64,000 bases of DNA from an uncultured Methanosarcinaceae archaeon (GTDB lineage Archaea > Halobacteriota > Methanosarcinia > Methanosarcinales > Methanosarcinaceae). The stretch covers positions 160,001 to 224,000 of the forward strand of contig CAVSHT010000009.1 of assembly GCA_963727895.1 (NCBI GenBank), given 5' to 3'. The notes under the pieces were generated by a model. It saw nothing but the letters and a program-made list of their open reading frames with translations. It searched no databases and was not told the DNA's origin. Position numbers and translations under genes: made by a program. Positions 56,877 through 64,000 of this stretch are shown here, piece by piece (positions within the stretch are counted from its first letter, which is position 1; every line of letters begins with the position of its first letter).

Positions 56877-57986
56877 TTAAGAATGAAATACTGATAATAT
56901 GTCATCGGGTCTTGCCCGCCTTGTGATTCCATTTATAGGGTTCTTTATCCCTAAAAGATTATTGGAATTTCCATTAAGGATCATAAGATTAGCTTTATTC
57001 CCCTTTTGTATCGAATTTATAGAATCATGCCCCATTACAAAAGACCCATTAAGTGTGCAAATTTTAAATACTTGTCTATCGTCAAGTGAAAAAACTTTGG
57101 ACATAAATTCCATTTCAGCAAACATATTTACAGAATTTAACATTACATTATCTGTTCCTGCAGCTACTTGTATTCCAGCTTCGAGCATATCGGCTATAGG
57201 TGCCATTCCGACTCCTGTAATGAAGTTAGACCTGGGGCAGACAACAACTGGAATTTTCGCATCAGCCACAGATTCCAGATCTCTTTTTGTAGCTTTTGTC
57301 AGATGAATAAGAAGATCAGGTTCGAGTGATAATGCTTTTTCTATGTCGCTTGTATCTTTTTCTCCTGCATGAATCGCAAAGAATTTATTATGTTGGCGTG
57401 TAAAGGTAGCTATATTCTCCAATAGTTCGAGATCAAGATCATTTGTCCCACTCATTCCGAGACCATTAGAACTTAACAAAATTCTTTGGACTTCCGCCAG
57501 TACTACCTGAAGAGGTAATTCAGGTTCTGCAGGTCTACTCAATACCATAGAACGAAGTTTAATTTCTTCGAGAGCTTTATTCAAAGCCGCTACACCTACA
57601 ACACCCCCCTCTCTGAAATCCGCAAAAGCACATGTACCTGTTTCTACCATATCCATTAGGGACTTTTTCATACACTCGATAATGGTTTTGTATGGCGTTT
57701 CTCTTAAAATTTTATGTTTTAACCCATCAGGAGGCTTTACCAAGGCATCCAGATCTTTTTGAATTTTGAATCCAGAAACTTTTCCCAGTGTGGGATCTTT
57801 GAATACTGAATCTCCAAGGTGAGTATGAGCATTGACAAAACAGGGAGCTATTATGTTGGTAGAGTGTGTATGTTCCTCTCCAATCTCTGTAATAATCCCT
57901 TTATTTATACAGATATACCCTTCAATAGGTTCTAGGTCAGAACCTGCAATAATTGTTCCAGAAATTATCTGTTCAGTGCCATACAT
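56877..57986 (-). CDS. amidohydrolase family protein
   Basis: NAHTHLGD, IHAGE, CPRSN, GTDN. Confidence 0.92.
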   Translation of the reverse strand: MYGTEQIISGTIIAGSDLEPIEGYICINKGIITEIGEEHTHSTNIIAPCFVNAHTHLGDSVFKDPTLGKVSGFKIQKDLDALVKPPDGLKHKILRETPYKTIIECMKKSLMDMVETGTCAFADFREGGVVGVAALNKALEEIKLRSMVLSRPAEPELPLQVVLAEVQRILLSSNGLGMSGTNDLDLELLENIATFTRQHNKFFAIHAGEKDTSDIEKALSLEPDLLIHLTKATKRDLESVADAKIPVVVCPRSNFITGVGMAPIADMLEAGIQVAAGTDNVMLNSVNMFAEMEFMSKVFSLDDRQVFKICTLNGSFVMGHDSINSIQKGNKANLMILNGNSNNLLGIKNPINGITRRARPDDILSVFHS

Positions 57987-58269
57987 ATCTACGCACCTCA
58001 GCTATTCATTAAATATAATACTTAACTTGCGAAAGAGCAAATATCTAAATAATATAAAATATTTTTTGATAGTTTTAAAAATGTAATAATTTTTATAATA
58101 ATGCAATATAAATAGGATGCAAATTAAGTTTTATTGCTTTTATGAAAGGTTGCTCGTTTTTATGAGAAACTGACCTTTAATCTAAATATCTCCTATAAAT
58201 ATATATGCAATAGAGTTAAACCATACATCACCGATATTTATATATATTAATGGAGATATAATGGGACTT

Positions 58270-58447
58270 TAGCGCATTGTATAGGTCCTTGCACGAGATA
58301 ATGGAAAATCCTGACTATGAGTGTATAGACAACCCCAATGCGGTACATTGATAGTGTAACATTGCCCGGCACGAGGGTAACTGAAAGTGACTGCGGAAAA
58401 CCAGAGGATGAACTTTCGGAGTTAGTGCGCCAGGGCTACAGCACTAT
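58270..58447 (+). ncRNA. candidate two-hairpin box H/ACA guide sRNA
   Basis: TATA box 58237-58246; two stem-loops each with GA/UGA K-turn and followed by ACA (58345-47, 58438-40); T-rich tract after 58447. Confidence 0.7.
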
Positions 58448-58592
58448 TTCTTTTGATATTAAAAAATCCAGGTGGGGACTTTAGTAATTAAAGTTAAAAC
58501 TTTAGTAATCAAATTTCAGTTTTCCTTCTTTAATTGGTTAATAAATAAATTCGTTATTGAGATATAGAATACCTCGAGAAAGGTAAAAGAAT

Positions 58593-58910
58593 ATGGCTTT
58601 CGAAGAGGCAATAACAGATCTAGGTTCTAACATAATCATTGATATTGAGGTTACTCCCGGTTCTAAGTCAATTTCGGTTCCTAGCAGTTATAATGAGTGG
58701 CGTAAACGAATTGAAGTAAAACTAACTAAAAATGCCCAGAAAGGAAAGGCAAATGAACAGCTTGTGGAATGTCTTGCTGATCTCTTCGGGATTAGTAGCT
58801 CGAATATTCAGATAAATAGTGGGGCAACGAGCAGTAAAAAGTCTTTATTGATAAGAGGAGTTTCATATCAACAGGCAGTTTCAATTCTAGAAGCCCATTT
58901 AAAGAAATAA
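58593..58910 (+). CDS. DUF167 (YggU-like) protein
   Basis: EVTPGSK..KGKANEQL..GATSSKK. Confidence 0.9.
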   Translation: MAFEEAITDLGSNIIIDIEVTPGSKSISVPSSYNEWRKRIEVKLTKNAQKGKANEQLVECLADLFGISSSNIQINSGATSSKKSLLIRGVSYQQAVSILEAHLKK

Positions 58911-59044
58911 AACCAAGTTATCAAGAAAAATAAAATATTATGAAAGAATCATGTTTAAAATAAATTTTTAGTTATTTTATAAGTGAAATATGGTATCCTT
59001 GAAATTCTAATAATAAAAGGAATAATAAAAGGATTCCAGAAAAC

Positions 59045-59476
59045 GTGACTGATTTAGAAATTTATAGAAAGAGACTTGAAAGAATTGAAGAACTGCTTTC
59101 CGAAATCTCCGAATACGCTGAAAAGGGAGCAATTATCATCGTTGAAGGAAAAAAAGATGTTCTCTCACTGAAAAAGCTTGGAATTGAAGGCAATTTTGAA
59201 CTTGCAACTCGAGACTCTCTTTTTAATTTTTCAGAGAGAATTACCCAGCTTGGTAGCGAAGTAGTTATATTGACTGATTGGGATAGAAGAGGTGACCTTC
59301 TGGCTACAAAGCTTTCAGGATACTTTGAAAGTTTTGGTCTGAACCCTGAACTTGATATTCGAAATAAACTCAGGTTCATAGTTCAAAAAGACATTAAAGA
59401 TGTTGAAAGTCTGTATACCTATGTTTCGAAGTTGAGATTGAAAACAGGCTCCTGCTCAAATCAGGATTTCCAATAA
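59045..59476 (+). CDS. small TOPRIM-domain protein
   Basis: [21 protein letters not shown]. Confidence 0.9.
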   Translation: MTDLEIYRKRLERIEELLSEISEYAEKGAIIIVEGKKDVLSLKKLGIEGNFELATRDSLFNFSERITQLGSEVVILTDWDRRGDLLATKLSGYFESFGLNPELDIRNKLRFIVQKDIKDVESLYTYVSKLRLKTGSCSNQDFQ

Positions 59477-59567
59477 GTATATTAAAAAAGGGAAATTAAA
59501 AGGTAAATTTTAAGAGATTAAGTTCAAAAACTAATATTAAAGCTGATATTAATTTTTGAAGGCGTTT

Positions 59568-59984
59568 TTATTCTTTATGCATGGGACTTGAAGATTCTCT
59601 GCTCTCCTGAATGATTTCCATATTTTGTGGACTTTTTTGATGGTTAAACGTCCGATCAAATTCTGGATACTTTGGAAACTTAACAGACAGTTCCTCAAAC
59701 ATTTTATGCCTGGGACTAATAATTATTATATGAGCAGGAGGATGAATTTTCTTCAGCCTGCTAATTGCCGCCCCTGCATGATTATTCAACTCAACTAGTG
59801 CTGCAGAGTTACATTTTGATTTGAGGGATACTCCCATCACATTAACAAGAAGCTCATCAGCATAGTTTGGCTCTATACATTTTGGAGTAGCCGAAAATTG
59901 AATATGTCCATATCGTTCTAGATCATGTAAGGCTATTTTTACTTTGTCCGAATCGTCTGCCCGGACTAATGCGAATGATTTCAT
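59568..59984 (-). CDS. DUF356 family protein
   Basis: LVRAD..ALHDLERY..KIHPPAHIIIIS. Confidence 0.8.
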   Translation of the reverse strand: MKSFALVRADDSDKVKIALHDLERYGHIQFSATPKCIEPNYADELLVNVMGVSLKSKCNSAALVELNNHAGAAISRLKKIHPPAHIIIISPRHKMFEELSVKFPKYPEFDRTFNHQKSPQNMEIIQESRESSSPMHKE

Positions 59985-61195
59985 TTTTTACACACCACCA
60001 ATTACTGAAGTTATCCCCATTTGGATATGGATCTACCCCTATAATAATCTTTGTGTATCAAAGATGCTGAACAGCCAAGTTTTTTCATAAATTTCGGGTC
60101 ATTTATGTTTTTATAATCGCTTTTAAAGCGCTATAAATGGTCTGTCCACTAGTTATAATACTAGATATTTTAGAGAAGATATTCTCAAAATTATAAGGGG
60201 TACCATGAAATTTCTTTTTTCAGATATAGTATATGCTTCCAGGTTATGAAGCAAAGTTATTTTGTAGTTAGATTCATCGTATATATATTCGTTTTGAAAT
60301 AATATCAAGTAAAAAAAGATGTTTAAAAATTATAAGTGTGTATATAAATTAAATAATTTTTTTATTAATACCACCCTTTGGCAAAAGAAAATTAAATAAG
60401 TAATGTTAAGCAAATGTTTACAAAAAATTAATTTATATGAATAGCTAATTGGGTAAGACCTGTACAGAATAAGTTAAAATTTTTTAATAAAAGATAGAAG
60501 TTTGGATACAAAGTGTTTTATTTCTTTTTTATAAGAACTTTATTAATTAAAAATACTAAGTGATAATATATATTCAAAATGATCAAAAAATTCAAAGATA
60601 AAATATCAACCACTTATTTATGGACGACTGATTGATTGAAAGTAAACATTAATAAGACAAGAGCTTACTTCAGATAAGTTTAAAATAAAGAACGTGTTTT
60701 AAAACACTCGATTTTCATAAAAATCAGGGTAAAACATCAAGAGTTAAATTTTTAAATTATAACATTGCAGCTAAAATGTACTTTATAAGTATGCTTTATA
60801 ATATGAGATCTATTAATTGGAACTTCTGTATTATACCTTAAAGAAGGTACAAAAAAGAAATAAAGATACCACAAAACGGTCTTTACTCTTTTTTCGTCAC
60901 ACATATTATTTCTAATGTAGTGGAAAGGATTAATAGATACATAATGATTATGAATATACCCTTGATATTTAACGAAAAATGAATCTTTAGTTTAATTCCA
61001 ATATACAATCAAACTTCAATTATTATTCAATATTAAATTCCATTACTCAGAATTCAAAAATAAGATCCACTATTTACACAACCAATACCTAACATTGAAC
61101 CTTCAATAGTAAATTGAGTGACGCAGTTACAAAGCTTGATTGTCCTGCTCTCAAATTAGAATATTCAGAGTTAATATATCAGATGGTGTGAGTAT

Positions 61196-62540
61196 ATGGC
61201 TGAAGATATTAAAACTAAGGTAATACAGGCAAAAAAGGCATCAATAGAACTTTCCAGTGTAAACACAGAAATAAAAAACAGAGCTCTTGAGACCATGGCT
61301 CAAGCTCTGGACAAAGAAAGGAAAGCCATAATAGAAGCAAACGCAAAAGATCTTGAATATGCAGCGGAACTGAAAAAGAAAGGAAAGCTAACTCAGGCGC
61401 TTGTGGACAGACTTAAAGTAAGCGACTCAAAGATTGATGGAATGATTGCAGGAATTAGAGATGTAATAAAGTTAAAAGATCCAGTAGGAGATACCCTGTC
61501 TACTCTTGAACTGGACAAAAATCTGATACTTTATCAAGTGAGTTGTCCAATTGGCCTTATAGGAGTTATCTTTGAATCCCGACCTGATGTGGTGCCTCAG
61601 GTTATGTCTCTTTGCCTTAAGAGCGGGAACGCGACAATCTTTAAAGGTGGAAGCGAAGCTCGAGAGTCTAACCGCACTATATTTCAAATTCTTGTAAAAG
61701 CAATAGAATCTACCGACGGTATGCCAGCAGATGCGTTCCAGCTTATGGAAACCAGAGAAGAAATAATGGATCTTTTGAGCCTGGATGCCTACGTAGACCT
61801 CCTGATTCCCAGAGGATCAAACGAGTTTGTAAAGTTCATCCAGGAAAATACGAAGATTCCGGTACTCGGGCATACAAGTGGGATCTGCCATATCTATGTG
61901 GATGAGTATGCAGATCTCGATATAGCCTGGAAAGTCTGCTTCGATGCGAAAGTACAATATCCTGCTGTGTGCAATGCTATTGAAACCCTTCTGATAAACC
62001 GTAAGATTGCAGACGCTTTCCTGCCGAAAATGGCAGAGATGTACCTTGGTGCAGAGGTCGAACTGCGCTGTGATCAGGATACATACTCACTACTTGAAAA
62101 AAGAGGGACTTTCTCCTTTATCAAAGGCTACGGAAGAAGACTGGAGCCTGGAATACAATGACCTAATTCTTTCAATAAAAGTAGTTGACAATATAAAAGA
62201 AGCAATTGATCACATAAACACATTCGGTTCCCACCATACCGATGGAATAATAACTGAAGATGCCTTAAGAAGAAAAAAGTTTACAGGGCTTGTTGATTCT
62301 TCGAGTGTTATGGTAAACGCATCAACCCGTTTTGCGGACGGTTATCGCTATGGAAAAGGAGCTGAGGTTGGGATCAGCACAAACAAAATTCATTCTCGTG
62401 GACCTGTAGGCATGGAAGGACTACTGATCTACAAATATATATTACTTGGAAAAGGGCAAATTGTTGCAGATTATGCAGGAGAAAATGCAAAGCCCTATAC
62501 TCACAAGAAACTTAACCTTAAGTTTGAAGATGTAAACTGA
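61196..62540 (+). CDS. proA: gamma-glutamyl phosphate reductase, frameshift in A-run ~62097-62102
   Basis: [19 protein letters not shown]; second frame [21 protein letters not shown]. Confidence 0.93.
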
Positions 62541-62667
62541 ACCCTTACAGAATAGTTATATATATGAATAGAAAATATCAGCGCAAATTGATTGCACCAA
62601 TGGAAATCAGGATTGTGACTGTAGTGATCTGAGCCACATTTTCAAAATACTTTACGGGGCCTTGTGA

Positions 62668-63825
62668 TTGACAGATAGAAATCAATTTCTCAATGATGTT
62701 AATAAAATCGTAATCAAGATCGGCACTTCCTCAATTACAAAAAATAACTGTGATAGTACGAAAGAAAACTGCAGTATTGATCCTACATTTATGGAAAACA
62801 TTGCAGCTCAGGTTTCCGAACTTAGAAAACGTGGAAAAGAAGTAATTATAGTAAGTTCGGGGGCAATAGGTGTGGGGCTATATGAATTGGGCATTGCCCC
62901 AAAACCTCGTGAAATTCCTATACGGCAGGCAGCTGCATCTGTGGGGCAGAGCATTCTAATGCAATACTGGAGTGAAGCATTTTCAAAATACGGAATAAAA
63001 GTTGCTCAGATCCTACTTACATATGAATTTTATTCTGATCGAGTATCTTACCTTAACCTCAGAAACAGTATATCCACTCTTCTGGAGTATGGGGTAGTTC
63101 CCATAATAAATGAAAACGACTGTACCTGTACAAACGAGATTGACGCCATTTTCGGAGATAACGACAAACTCTCCGCAATGGTTGCAAGTAAGATTGATGC
63201 TGATCTTCTGATTATTCTTTCGGATATTGACGGCCTTTTTGACAAGAATCCAAAAACACATAAAGATGCCAGACTTATTTCTCTCGTCGAAAAAATTACT
63301 CCTGAAATCGAAAGCTATGGTGGCGATCCTACAAGCTTTAAGGGAGTAGGAGGAATGAGGACCAAGATAAAGGCCGCAAAGATCTGCAGTATGGCAGGAT
63401 GCTATGTTTTGATCACAAATAGTGAGATTAAGGATGTAATTTTAAAAATTATATATGGGGATGAAATCGGAACTCTTTTCTTAGCTGAAAGGCATATCCA
63501 GAAAAACCGTGCACGTTGGATTATTCTTGCAAGAGCCTCAGGTACTATTCGTGTAGATGCAGGAGCAAAAGCCGCAATCCTGGAAAAAAACAGCCTTCTT
63601 CCAGCAGGAATTACAGATGTAGATGGGAGTTTTGACAGAGGAGATGTGGTGAGACTAGAATGTGAAGGCAGGATCTTTGCAAAAGGGATTACAGATTATA
63701 CATCAGAAGAACTTATGAAAATTAAAGGAGCGCATACAGACGAAATAGAGGGACTTCTGGGCTATAATAATTACAGCAATGTAATAAAAAAAGAAAACAT
63801 AGGCCTACTGGAAGAATTTAATTAA
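62668..63825 (+). CDS. proB: glutamate 5-kinase with PUA domain
   Basis: VIKIGTS, VSSGAI, INEND, FGDNDKLSA, GGMRTK. Confidence 0.95.
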   Translation: MTDRNQFLNDVNKIVIKIGTSSITKNNCDSTKENCSIDPTFMENIAAQVSELRKRGKEVIIVSSGAIGVGLYELGIAPKPREIPIRQAAASVGQSILMQYWSEAFSKYGIKVAQILLTYEFYSDRVSYLNLRNSISTLLEYGVVPIINENDCTCTNEIDAIFGDNDKLSAMVASKIDADLLIILSDIDGLFDKNPKTHKDARLISLVEKITPEIESYGGDPTSFKGVGGMRTKIKAAKICSMAGCYVLITNSEIKDVILKIIYGDEIGTLFLAERHIQKNRARWIILARASGTIRVDAGAKAAILEKNSLLPAGITDVDGSFDRGDVVRLECEGRIFAKGITDYTSEELMKIKGAHTDEIEGLLGYNNYSNVIKKENIGLLEEFN

Positions 63826-64000
63826 GTTTCCAGAATATCCAAAGAACTAAAATGGATTTTCAAGCTTTTTGAAAAATTTAAATAAATTTTTTGTATTTCG
63901 GGAGCTTTTATTAATTTAGATTGTTCTTTAAAAGAATCAAACTTCGAAATTTCTTTAAATTACTCAATACTAACCAAGAATAAGTTTTGAGACAATCGCC

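Noticed and set aside
60000..61190. Long AT-rich intergenic region as ncRNA or origin
   Set aside because: No repeats or stable structure recognised; such spacers are common in Methanosarcina
61196..62540. proA as a programmed frameshift or true pseudogene
   Set aside because: Single homopolymer indel in a window with many apparent consensus errors

Overview
AT-rich archaeal chromosomal window, almost certainly Methanosarcina (MA0829-type duplicated S-layer protein, F390 synthetase-like gene, PGF-CTERM proteins, IS1 copies). From ~21 kb to 64 kb it is mostly core genome: acetate transporter, UbiA, purH, tRNA-Gln, nikR, ALDH, P-type ATPase, moaD/moeA, S-layer, rib reductase, proA/proB, plus an unannotated two-hairpin H/ACA-like sRNA. 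Many genes between 32 and 44.5 kb carry single-base indels that look like assembly errors. The first ~21 kb is an accessory region. It holds a decaying integrated virus/plasmid-like element (~3.5-20.8 kb) with: a two-helix protein resembling a spindle-shaped virus major capsid protein; a fragmented giant (>=1700 aa) Ala/Ser/Thr/Lys-rich gene with internal repeats and an embedded nucleotidyltransferase-like domain; an iteron-type origin candidate; ParB-like paralogs; small DNA-binding and Zn-finger genes; and a truncated tyrosine integrase. IS1, a truncated transposase, MITEs and IS200/IS605-type ends have invaded the region. Several tiny Gly/Cys-rich or cationic peptide genes also occur. No CRISPR array was seen. 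All family assignments come from motif recognition, not database searches.
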